Shown piece after piece: positions 55,017 to 64,000 of a DNA stretch of 64,000 bases. The position numbers were made by a program, and so were the translations under genes. The notes beneath the pieces were generated by a model. It searched no databases. It saw only the letters and a list, made by a program, of their open reading frames with translations, and had not been told where the DNA came from. The DNA comes from Myxococcales bacterium. GTDB lineage: Bacteria; Myxococcota_A; Polyangia; Palsa-1104; SHYY01. Every line of letters begins with the position of its first letter. The stretch's first letter is position 1. The stretch is taken from the NCBI GenBank assembly GCA_009692555.1, contig SHYY01000010.1, positions 20-64,019 of the forward strand, given 5' to 3'.

Positions 55017-56261
55017 ATGCGCCTGATCGATCACCTGCGCACGCTCCGCCGCACCCTCGGCGCCAACCGCTCGCGCACCGCGCTCACCCTGCTCGGGATC
55101 GTCATCGGCTCGGGGTCGATCGTGCTCCTCGCCGGACTGCTCCGGGGCGGCGAGGAGGCGCTGGTGGCCACCTCCCAGCGCGCCAACGAGGCCGACCTGA
55201 TCCAGGTTCGGCGCGACGAGCCGCCGCAGGCCCAGCTCCGGCGGACGCGGCGGGAGCTCTCGATGAGCGACGTGGAGACCCTTTGCGAGTCGCCGCTGCT
55301 CGGGGGATCCCCCGTCGCCGGCGAGGCCAATCGCGAAACGAAGGCCTTCTTCGAGGGCCGGAAGAAGCGCGCGCGGCTGGTCAGCGCGTCGCCCGGATCG
55401 GCCTCGCTCTACCGCCTGGAGGTGGAGAAGGGGCGCTTCCTCACCGACGAGGATCTCGATTCACGGCGGCGGGTGTGCGTGATCGGCGTGGAGGTGTGGC
55501 GCGAGCTTCTGGAGGAGAAGGTGGACGCGGTGGGGACGCAGATCCGCATGGAGGACGAGACCTGGACCATCGTCGGCGTTCTCAAGAACAAGCCGCCCCT
55601 CGGCGGTGGCGGCGACGGGACCTGGATGTGGAACCGCAAGGTGCTGGTGCCGCGCACGACGTTCGACGCGCTGTTCGAGCCTTCGCACAAGATCAACAAG
55701 CTGTTCGTGCGCCTCGGATCGGCGAAGGGCCTCGCGGCGCGGCTCTCGTTCGTCGAGCGGGTGGTCAAGGCGACGCTGCTCCGTCGCCACCTCGGCGTCG
55801 AGAACTTCAAGGTCGAAGGGGAGGAGGGCCACGCCAATCAGGAGCGGCTGATCCTCGATATCATCAAGCTCCTGCTCCTCGGGACCGGGCTGCTCTCGCT
55901 GTTCGTCGGCGGGATCAACATCATGAACATCATGCTGGTGACGGTGACCGAGCGGACCCGCGAGATCGGCGTGCGGCGGGCGATCGGGGCGAGCCCGGGG
56001 GCGATCCTGATCCAGTTCCTCCTCGAGGCGGGCACGATCGCGCTGGCGGGCGGGGTGATCGGCGTGCTCGGCGGGATCTTCCTGTCGTGGGCGATCGCGC
56101 TCCTGCTCACCCACGCGCTCGGGGCGTGGAGCCTGCACGTCGAGATGTGGTCGGTCGGGCTCGGCCTCGGGCTGTCGCTGTCGACGGGGATCGTCTTTGG
56201 ATTGTTCCCGGCGTGGCGCGCGGCCCGGCTCGATCCGGTGGAGGCGCTGCGCTACGAGTAG
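55017..56261 (+). CDS. MacB-type ABC permease (FtsX domain), second copy
   Basis: 414 aa from ATG 55017. MRLIDHLRTLRRTLGANRSRTALTLLGIVIG..., a large periplasmic loop, and RTREIGVRRAIGA. Confidence 0.85.
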   Translation: MRLIDHLRTLRRTLGANRSRTALTLLGIVIGSGSIVLLAGLLRGGEEALVATSQRANEADLIQVRRDEPPQAQLRRTRRELSMSDVETLCESPLLGGSPVAGEANRETKAFFEGRKKRARLVSASPGSASLYRLEVEKGRFLTDEDLDSRRRVCVIGVEVWRELLEEKVDAVGTQIRMEDETWTIVGVLKNKPPLGGGGDGTWMWNRKVLVPRTTFDALFEPSHKINKLFVRLGSAKGLAARLSFVERVVKATLLRRHLGVENFKVEGEEGHANQERLILDIIKLLLLGTGLLSLFVGGINIMNIMLVTVTERTREIGVRRAIGASPGAILIQFLLEAGTIALAGGVIGVLGGIFLSWAIALLLTHALGAWSLHVEMWSVGLGLGLSLSTGIVFGLFPAWRAARLDPVEALRYE

Positions 56262-56271
56262 GCGTGTGTGC

Positions 56272-57252
56272 TCAGCGACGCGCGTGGAGCCAGGCGGCGA
56301 TCGGCGCGAAGACGTCCGCCGGCGCGTCGTGGCCGATGAAGAGGTCGGCGTGCGCGTACCAGTCGTCGTCGTCGCCCACCCGCAGGATCTCGATGTCCTG
56401 GCCACCCCACGCCGCCTGCACCGAGAGGTTGGCGCTCTCCGGGACGATGCCGTCGCGATTGGAGACCACCACCAGGAGCGGCAGCCTCACGCGGCGGAGC
56501 GCCTCGGTCACATTGACGCCGCCGAGCACCATGTCGCGCGCCTTGATCCAGTGGGCGATGTCCTTGTTCACCCGCGGGATCGGATCCTCGACGGTCTCGA
56601 CCATCGTGGCTGCGGCGGAGAGATCGACGTGGCCGGCGTTCATGTAGATCGACAGCAGCCTGGGCGCGCGGGAGAGCAGGCCGAGGCCCCGGCGAGCCAG
56701 CGCGCGGGTGCCCCCGAAGGAGAGCGCCCCGGCGAGGCGCGGCGACGAGAAGGCCAGCTTCAGCACCGGGTGCACCTCGGTCCAGCGCAGCGGCGAGCCG
56801 ATCGCGATCAGGCTGTGCACGCGCGGCGCGCGATCGAGCGCGAGGTAGGCGTAGGCGATCGAGCCGCCGAGGCTGGCGCCGATCAGATCGACCTCCCCCG
56901 CGCCGCGCTGCGAGGCCGCCAGCACCGCCTCGACGATCGCCGGCAGATCGGTCTCCGCGTACGCGCGCAGCGACGGGCCGGGAGCCCCCTGAATGGCCGC
57001 GCGCGAGCCGCCCTGACGGCGCAGATTGGCCGACCACACCTCGAAGCCGGCCTCGGCGAGGCAGCGCTCCATCGACGTGCCGCGCGGATGAAAGCCGAAG
57101 ATGAAGCTGTTCATCCCGTACCCGGGGATGATCACCACCGGCCGCGATCCCGGAAGGTGGTGCGCGGGAGCGATCGTCCGCTTCAGCTCGAGCTGCCAGC
57201 CATCGGGCGTCGCGGCGTGATGGCGGTCGACCGTCAGATCGGCGACCGACAC
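56272..57252 (-). CDS. alpha/beta-fold hydrolase
   Basis: 326 aa from a GTG start that overlaps the upstream stop by 1 nt. VVIIPGYGMN...GASLGGS (nucleophile elbow)...D...H. Confidence 0.75.
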   Translation of the reverse strand: MSVADLTVDRHHAATPDGWQLELKRTIAPAHHLPGSRPVVIIPGYGMNSFIFGFHPRGTSMERCLAEAGFEVWSANLRRQGGSRAAIQGAPGPSLRAYAETDLPAIVEAVLAASQRGAGEVDLIGASLGGSIAYAYLALDRAPRVHSLIAIGSPLRWTEVHPVLKLAFSSPRLAGALSFGGTRALARRGLGLLSRAPRLLSIYMNAGHVDLSAAATMVETVEDPIPRVNKDIAHWIKARDMVLGGVNVTEALRRVRLPLLVVVSNRDGIVPESANLSVQAAWGGQDIEILRVGDDDDWYAHADLFIGHDAPADVFAPIAAWLHARR

Positions 57253-58886
57253 TACGCCTGCGGCCCCTTGTAGAGCGCCACGACGCAGGCGCCGCCGAGT
57301 CCGATGTTATGCTGCAACGCAACACGCGCCTTCTCGACCTGGCGCGCGCCGCAGCGGCCACGGAGCTGCTCGGTCAGCTCGAAGGTCTGGGCGAGGCCGG
57401 TCGCTCCCAGCGGGTGGCCCTTCGAGAGCAGCCCGCCCGACGGGTTCACCACCCACTTGCCGCCGTAGGTGGTCGCGTCGTCGCTGATCAGCTTGCCGGA
57501 CTCGCCCTCGCCGCACAGGCCGAGCGCCTCGTAGGTGATGAGCTCGTTGGAGGTGAAGCAATCGTGCAGCTCGATGACGTCGACCTCCTCCGGCCCGACG
57601 CCAGCGCGCTCGTAGACCTGCTGCGCCGCGAGGCGCGCCATGTCCTGGCCGACCATCTTGATCATCGACCTCGGCTCGAAGCTGGTCGCGGGATCGGAGG
57701 CCAGCGCGATCGCCTCGAGCGTCACCGGGTTCGCCACCCCGACGCTGCGCGCGAACTCCTCCGAACACAATACCGCCGCCGCCGCCCCGTCGGTGGTGGG
57801 GCAGCACTGGAACTTGGTCAGCGGGTCGTGGATGGTCGGCGTGGCGAGGATCTGCTCGACGGTGCAGGCCTCGCGGAACTGCGCGCGCTCGTTGTGCACC
57901 GCGTGGCCGCGGTTCTTGGACGCCACCTTGGCGAGCTGCTCGCGCGTGGTCCCGTACTTCTCCATGTGCTCGCGCGCCGCCCCGCCGAACATCTGGGCCG
58001 CCGGTGGCGCCGGGGTGAACGGCTGCAACTCCATCATCAGCAGGAAGTGCTTGTCGAGCGGCAGCGTGCGGTCGGTGTACTTCGCGCCGAGCGAGCCCTT
58101 CTCCATCTTCTCGAAGCCGAGCGCGAGCACGCACTCGCTCACCCCCGCGCCGATCGCCTGCGCGCCCAGCATCAGCGCGGTGGAGCCCGTGGAGCAGTTG
58201 TTGTTGACGTTGAACACCGGGATCCCGGTGGTGCCGAGCTGGTAGACCGCGCGCTGGCCGCTGGTCGACTCGCCGTAGACGTAGCCGACGAACGCCTGCT
58301 CGATCTTCGCGTAGTCGATCCCCGCGTCGCTGAGCGCCTGCTCGCCCGCCTCCTTGGCCAGCTCCGGGTAGTCCTTCTGCCCCGGCTTGTAGAACTTCGT
58401 CATCCCGACGCCGAGCACGCACACCTTCCGGGCGAGCTTGATCATGATGTCCTCCGCTCGCGTAGTTTTGCGAACGGGCCCCGGCGCGTCAACACGATTC
58501 AGCGGGACTTTCTCTGCTTCAGGGCGACCCAGCTGAGCCGCGATGGTCGCCAAAAAGTCCTTGCAATGCAGCGGCTTGGCGATGTAGCCATCGCACCCCA
58601 CGGCGCGAATGCGCTCCTCGTGGCCCTTCATCGCGAGCGCGGTGAGGGCGATCACCGGAATGGCCCGTGTCGCGTCGTCCCCCTTGAGGAGCGCGGTGGC
58701 CTGGAGTCCGTCCATGCCGGGGAGCTGGATATCCATCAGGATCAGGTCGGGCCGTTCGGCGCGCGCCATGGTCAGCCCGGCCTCCGCGTCCGTGGCGGCG
58801 AGCACGGTGTAGCCGGCCGACTCCAGCAGCAATCTGGCCAGCGTCATATTGGAGGGATTGTCCTCGACGACCAGGATTCTTGCCAT
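57252..58886 (-). CDS. single open frame joining a CheY-like receiver domain to an SCP2-type thiolase
   Basis: 544-aa ORF. aa 1-120 form a REC domain (ILVVEDNPSN...LILMDIQLPGMDG...ALTA...KP). From aa 148 (ATG 58445, GGAGG 5 nt upstream) a complete thiolase follows (VLGVGMTKF...NNNCSTGSTAL...GHPLGATG). No stop codon separates them. Confidence 0.75.
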   Translation of the reverse strand: MARILVVEDNPSNMTLARLLLESAGYTVLAATDAEAGLTMARAERPDLILMDIQLPGMDGLQATALLKGDDATRAIPVIALTALAMKGHEERIRAVGCDGYIAKPLHCKDFLATIAAQLGRPEAEKVPLNRVDAPGPVRKTTRAEDIMIKLARKVCVLGVGMTKFYKPGQKDYPELAKEAGEQALSDAGIDYAKIEQAFVGYVYGESTSGQRAVYQLGTTGIPVFNVNNNCSTGSTALMLGAQAIGAGVSECVLALGFEKMEKGSLGAKYTDRTLPLDKHFLLMMELQPFTPAPPAAQMFGGAAREHMEKYGTTREQLAKVASKNRGHAVHNERAQFREACTVEQILATPTIHDPLTKFQCCPTTDGAAAAVLCSEEFARSVGVANPVTLEAIALASDPATSFEPRSMIKMVGQDMARLAAQQVYERAGVGPEEVDVIELHDCFTSNELITYEALGLCGEGESGKLISDDATTYGGKWVVNPSGGLLSKGHPLGATGLAQTFELTEQLRGRCGARQVEKARVALQHNIGLGGACVVALYKGPQA

Positions 58887-58992
58887 GTCACACCACCCCG
58901 CCGCGGCCCGAGAGTGCGCGCCGGACCTCGCCCATGAAGCGGCCCCCGTCCTGCGATTCTTCCGGGCCGGAGCCGCTTGCTATACTGGGGCG

Positions 58993-59469
58993 GTGACCCT
59001 CCCAGGCCGCCCCGCCGCCGACTCCCGCGCCGAGACCACCCATCTCGTCCTCCCGGGTCTCACCAATGTCCATGGCACGATCTTCGGCGGTTTCGTGATG
59101 CAGTGGATCGACGAGATCGCCGCGGTGTCGGCGGTGCGTCACGTCGGTGGATCAGTGGTGACCGCGGCGGTCGATGCGCTGCACTTCCTGGCGCCGATCC
59201 AGCTCGGAGCGCTGGTGGTGATGAAGGCGCAGGTCAACGCGGTCGGGCGCACCTCGATGGAGATCGGCGTTCGCGTCGAGGTCGAAGATCCGCGGACCCG
59301 CGCGCGCCGACGCACCACCAAGGCCTACCTCACCTTCGTCGCCGTCGACGAGGACGGGCGCCCGCGCGAGATGGCGCCGCTGACGGTGGCGACGGAGGAG
59401 GAGCGGCGGCGGCAGGCGCAGGCCGACGCGCGAAGGCGTGCCCGCCTCGCAGCCCGACCCGGCGGGTAG
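58993..59469 (+). CDS. acyl-CoA thioesterase (hotdog fold, YciA-like)
   Basis: GTG 58993 gives 158 aa. TNVHGTIFGGFVMQWIDEIAAVSA...GRTSMEIGVRV...AYLTFVAVDEDGRP. The start is uncertain. Confidence 0.75.
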   Translation: MTLPGRPAADSRAETTHLVLPGLTNVHGTIFGGFVMQWIDEIAAVSAVRHVGGSVVTAAVDALHFLAPIQLGALVVMKAQVNAVGRTSMEIGVRVEVEDPRTRARRRTTKAYLTFVAVDEDGRPREMAPLTVATEEERRRQAQADARRRARLAARPGG

Positions 59470-59472
59470 CGC

Positions 59473-59578
59473 GGAAACGGAAACGGAAACGCTAACTTCC
59501 TTTGCCGCGTCAGCGGAGTTGTCTCGGCGGGAGCCGAGGGGAACGGGAAAGAGCGGGAACGGGAACGGGAACGGAACC
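59473..59578. repeat. paired hexanucleotide arrays (GGAAAC)3-4 and (GGGAAC)n around a 41-bp core
   Basis: GGAAAC x3 plus GCTAAC at 59473-59496, and GGGAAC-type units at 59538-59578. GGGAAC is the reverse complement of the GTTCCC array at 21196-21243. Confidence 0.85.
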
Positions 59579-59617
59579 GCACCCCTCCGATCCGATCCGC
59601 TCCGATCTCGAACCCGC

Positions 59618-60856
59618 TCACGCGCGACGGCGGACGATCGCCGCGAAGAAGCCGTCGGTGTCGTGGAGATCGGGGCGCACCCGGAGGCGCTCGCCGTCGC
59701 CGATGGCGAGCGCGCGCTCCTTGCCGAGCACCTCCTTCGCGGACACCGGAGCGAGCTCGGGGTGATCGGCGAGCAGGCCGTCGATCACGCCGTCGTTCTC
59801 CTCGGGAGAGAGCGAGCAGGTGGCGTAGATCAGGCGGCCACCGGGCTTCACCAGCGGCAGGTAGGCCTCCAGGATCGCCCGCTGCCGCCGCGCCAGCCGC
59901 GCCACCTCGCCCGGACCGACACGCCACTTCGTCTCGGGATGGCGCCGGATCACGCCAAGGCCGGAGCAGGGCGCGTCGACCAGCACGCGATCGGCCGGCG
60001 CCAGCGACGGCGCGGGGGAGGTGCCGGCGGGGATCAGCGCGGCCTGGAGGTTGGTCAGTCCGGCGCGGCGGGCGCGGCGGCGCAGCTCCTCGAGCTTGCG
60101 ATCGCTGATGTCGCAGGCGGCGATCCGACCGCGGTTCTGGAGCAGCGCCCCGATCGCGAGGGTCTTGCCGCCCGCGCCGGCGCAGGCGTCCACCACCGTC
60201 CCCCGCGGCGGCGGCGCCACCAGCTCGGCGCACAGCTGGCTCCCCTCGTCCTGCAGCTCCATCCAGCCGTCGCGGAAGGCGCTCATCTCGTAGACGTTCT
60301 GGCGGGTGTGGAGCGTCAGGCCATCGCGGGCGAGGCGGGTCGGGCTGGACTCGATCCCGTCGCTGGCGAGCCGCGCGGCGAGCCCATCGCGATCGCTCTT
60401 CAGCCGGTTGGCGCGCACGGTGAGGGGCGCGCGCCGGTTCATCGCCGCGCACAGCCGATCGGCCGCCTCGGCGCCGAACGCGGTGATGAAGCGCTCCACC
60501 ATCCAGTCGGGGTAGGAGTGGACGAGGGCGATGCGCGCGCACGGGTCGTCGGTCACAGCAGCACCGTCGAGGATCGCACCGCAAAGCCACGCCTCGTAGA
60601 GCGCGGCCGGGGCGTCGCTGCCGGCCTGGTGGGCGAGCCGACGACGGTGGCGGATGAGCTCGTGGACCGCGTCGCCGACGAAGCGCCGCTCCGCCGACGA
60701 GAGATCGCGCGCCTCCCGCAGCCCGCGTGCCACCGCGTCGGGAGCGCGGCCCCAGTCGCCCGCGGCCTGGTCCGTGATCGCCAGGATCCGCCGCCGCACC
60801 GGCCCGTCCTCGCCGGCGCGTGCCTTGATCTGCGCCTCGCGGCTGTCGTCCTGCAC
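59618..60856 (-). CDS. rsmB: 16S rRNA (cytosine-C5)-methyltransferase (RsmB/Sun family)
   Basis: 412 aa. VVDACAGAGGKTLAIG (SAM-binding), VLVDAPCSGLGVIRRHPE, and TCSLSPEENDGV with the catalytic Cys. Confidence 0.8.
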   Translation of the reverse strand: MQDDSREAQIKARAGEDGPVRRRILAITDQAAGDWGRAPDAVARGLREARDLSSAERRFVGDAVHELIRHRRRLAHQAGSDAPAALYEAWLCGAILDGAAVTDDPCARIALVHSYPDWMVERFITAFGAEAADRLCAAMNRRAPLTVRANRLKSDRDGLAARLASDGIESSPTRLARDGLTLHTRQNVYEMSAFRDGWMELQDEGSQLCAELVAPPPRGTVVDACAGAGGKTLAIGALLQNRGRIAACDISDRKLEELRRRARRAGLTNLQAALIPAGTSPAPSLAPADRVLVDAPCSGLGVIRRHPETKWRVGPGEVARLARRQRAILEAYLPLVKPGGRLIYATCSLSPEENDGVIDGLLADHPELAPVSAKEVLGKERALAIGDGERLRVRPDLHDTDGFFAAIVRRRA

Positions 60857-60974
60857 GGCCGCGATCCTACGAAACCGGCGCGTCTTTGCAATCGCAAGGA
60901 GGCCTCTTTATAGTAGTCTCCCCGTCGCAGGACGTCCCGCTCGCACCGACGCTGCGCGTCGCAGAAAGGCCCTC

Positions 60975-62318
<1,344 letters not shown>

Positions 62319-62612
62319 GTCGGGCAGCGCGCGCCGACCCGCAATTGCCTATTTTCCTGCACCGTACATGCGCCGTATCGTCTGCCTGTATTCCTCCAAC
62401 GACTCCATCCCCACCCCCGCGCGCCGTAGATCGACGTGCGCTTCGTCCTCGATGGGATGGGGCACGCTGCCGACAAACTGCGTCCCGTAGAGGTCGGGTC
62501 CCGTCAGCGACCGCCCGACTCCGAATCAGACATCGAGGACCACGCGCTCGTCGTCGAAGAGGGCTGTCGCCTCCAGCTTGCCGCCCAGCCCTTCGACATT
62601 CAAGCGCGTGGT

Positions 62613-62972
62613 CTACCGCCGCCTGCCGGTCACCCCTGCCAGGGCGCCCCGAAGGCCGGCGCGCAGCCAGCGGCCGACGCGCTCGCGCTCGGCCGGGGGG
62701 AGGGAGCCGATCCGCTCGGCGTCGCGGGCCTCGACGGTCGCGATCTTCGCGGTCCGGACGAGAGACGGAGCGGGAAGACCAGCGAGCTCGTGGTCGGCGA
62801 CGGCTACATCGCCCGGCCAACCCCGGTTCTCGGCGCTGGTGATCATCAGGACCCACAGAAGGCCGTGCTGCTCCAGCGCGGCAACCACCAACGCGGGACG
62901 GTGCTGCCGGGCGGGCCGATCGGTGCAGGGGAATGGAACCTTCACGACGTCCCAGGCTTCAAAGGCTTCCAT
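62613..62972 (-). CDS. mazF: PemK/MazF-family toxin
   Basis: 119 aa. WDVVKVPFP......RPALVV...LWVLMITS... is a typical MazF/PemK N-terminal pattern. Its start overlaps the end of the AbrB-type antitoxin frame. Confidence 0.7.
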   Translation of the reverse strand: MEAFEAWDVVKVPFPCTDRPARQHRPALVVAALEQHGLLWVLMITSAENRGWPGDVAVADHELAGLPAPSLVRTAKIATVEARDAERIGSLPPAERERVGRWLRAGLRGALAGVTGRRR

Positions 62973-63174
62973 ATGCCCGCCGGTCCGCTTCGCTGTCCCA
63001 TTCCAGGAAGGTATGGAACGGATCCTCCACGGCGGTCATGCGGGCCCGCGTGAGCACGGCGCGGTCGCCCTCGATGGCCTAGGCGATCTCGTCGCCGGCC
63101 TTGAGGCGGAGCGCGGCGCGGACGGGCTGAGGAATGGTCGTCTGGGCCTTGCTCGTCAGCTTGCTCGTAATCAT
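62959..63174 (-). pseudogene. AbrB/MazE-type antitoxin interrupted by an in-frame TAG
   Basis: MITSKLTSKAQTTIPQPVRAALRLKAGDEIA-TAG(63079-63081)-AIEGDRAVLTRARMTAVEDPFHTFLEWDSEADRRAYGSL. The sequence on both sides of the stop is contiguous SpoVT/AbrB-like sequence in one frame. Confidence 0.6.
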
Positions 63175-64000
63175 TTCCTGGAGGGCAAGGCTTTTCCTTA
63201 CCCTCGTCAACGAACGTCGATCGCGAAGTGGCGCGCACGCGGGGCCCACGCCCGACACCTGCGCGTCGGCCATCCTTGCCGAAGTGGGCACCTCCCCGAT
63301 CTTGTTCGGTGCGCTCGCGACGCCGGGCTTCCAGAGGCCGATTCCACCGTCTCCCCGGGCCCGGGCAGGCCGCCCGGCGTGGCGTGCGTGCGCGCGCGCC
63401 GAGACCCGCGGATCGAGGCGCCCCTCGATCGCCGCCCGGAGGTCTTCTGCGAACTCGTTGGCGGTCGCGTAGCGCTCCCCTCGCCGCTTTGCGAGGGCGA
63501 GGACGTCGCCGACGCCAGCAGGCAGATCCGGAACCAGCTCACCGACGGGTAAAGACTCCTCCTCGCAGATCTGGAGGAGTAGCGCGGGGATCGACTCGGC
63601 GGTGAAGGGATCGCGCCCGGTCAGGGCAAAATAGGTGATGCCACCGAGCGCGAACACGTCGGTCCGCCCGTCGAGCTCCCGCATCAGCCCCCGCGCCTGC
63701 TCCGGCGACATGAACGACGGCGTGCCGAGCAGGGCCACTTCCTGGGTCAACTCCGCCGCCTGCCCGACGATCTTGGAGAGGCCAAAGTCGAGAATCTTGA
63801 GCAGCGTTCCCCCCGACGGGGAGGGGGAGAGAAACAGGTTCTCGGGCTTGAGGTCGCGATGGACGACACCGGCGAGGTGGGCCACCCCGAGCCCGGCGGC
63901 GGCCTGGTCGATCAGCGCGGCGACCTCCGCTGCCGGCAGACGCCCCCGCCGCGACACCAGCTCCGAGAGGTTCTCGCCCTCCAGGAACTCGAGGACCATG
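63079..64000 (-). CDS. Ser/Thr protein kinase (partial, N-terminus outside the window)
   Basis: Hanks motifs HRDLKPENLF, DFGLSK and GTPSFMSPEQ. The frame stays open through an Arg-rich tail into the antitoxin fragment and ends at TAG 63079. Confidence 0.8.
   Translation of the reverse strand, partial: MVLEFLEGENLSELVSRRGRLPAAEVAALIDQAAAGLGVAHLAGVVHRDLKPENLFLSPSPSGGTLLKILDFGLSKIVGQAAELTQEVALLGTPSFMSPEQARGLMRELDGRTDVFALGGITYFALTGRDPFTAESIPALLLQICEEESLPVGELVPDLPAGVGDVLALAKRRGERYATANEFAEDLRAAIEGRLDPRVSARAHARHAGRPARARGDGGIGLWKPGVASAPNKIGEVPTSARMADAQVSGVGPACAPLRDRRSLTRVRKSLALQEMITSKLTSKAQTTIPQPVRAALRLKAGDEIA

Noticed and set aside
58849-58992. The longer 206-aa version of the thioesterase ORF starting at 58849.
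   Set aside because: It would overlap the divergent receiver-domain gene start. The extra residues are Ala/Arg/Pro-rich, and the hotdog-fold similarity begins after GTG 58993.
62330-62612. Possible gene remnant on the minus strand downstream of mazF (…LNVEGLGGKLEATALFDDERVVLDV-stop, then in another frame …GPDLYGTQFVGSVPHPIEDEAHVDLRRAGVGMESLEEYRQTIRRMYGAGK-stop).
   Set aside because: It is protein-like in composition, but it is split across frames, has no start codon, and matches no family I can name. It cannot be supported as a feature without a database search.

Overview
This is a very GC-rich bacterial chromosomal segment. The gene content points to Myxococcota: Glt/Nfs-type envelope-machine genes, FHA- and TPR-rich envelope proteins, a eukaryotic-like Ser/Thr kinase, an HD-GYP regulator and MacAB/TolC-type exporters. 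About 55 protein-coding genes are supportable. I saw no rRNA, tRNA, CRISPR array, integrase or transposase.

Housekeeping blocks:
- rpsP-KH-rimM-trmD-(SPOUT-like MTase)-rplS-yraN
- coaX
- gyrA-hemL
- atpZ/atpI-atpB-atpE
- trxB, pssA, moaC, uvrB, rsmB, gdhA

Accessory content:
- Four type II toxin-antitoxin modules: two VapBC, one RES/Xre, and one MazEF with a broken antitoxin.
- Two related families of short elements with terminal inverted repeats starting GGGTG, flanked by 8-9 bp direct repeats and decorated with hexanucleotide microsatellites. One family carries a decayed four-helix-bundle (23S-rRNA-IVS family) gene.

The main hit is a four-gene operon at about 37.7-46.5 kb that looks like an uncharacterised membrane-coupled vWA-MoxR conflict or signalling system. 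Its genes are:
- a CHAT caspase-like protease with an inactive P-loop-like tail;
- a MoxR-type AAA+ ATPase;
- a 1523-aa three-pass membrane protein with a CoxE-type vWA domain inside the cell and a roughly 845-aa Cys-rich/TPR region outside;
- a TIR-domain protein.

Long Arg/Ala/Pro/Gly-rich ORFs antisense to real genes are GC-driven shadow ORFs and were ignored. All domain calls come from reading motifs by eye; no searches were run.
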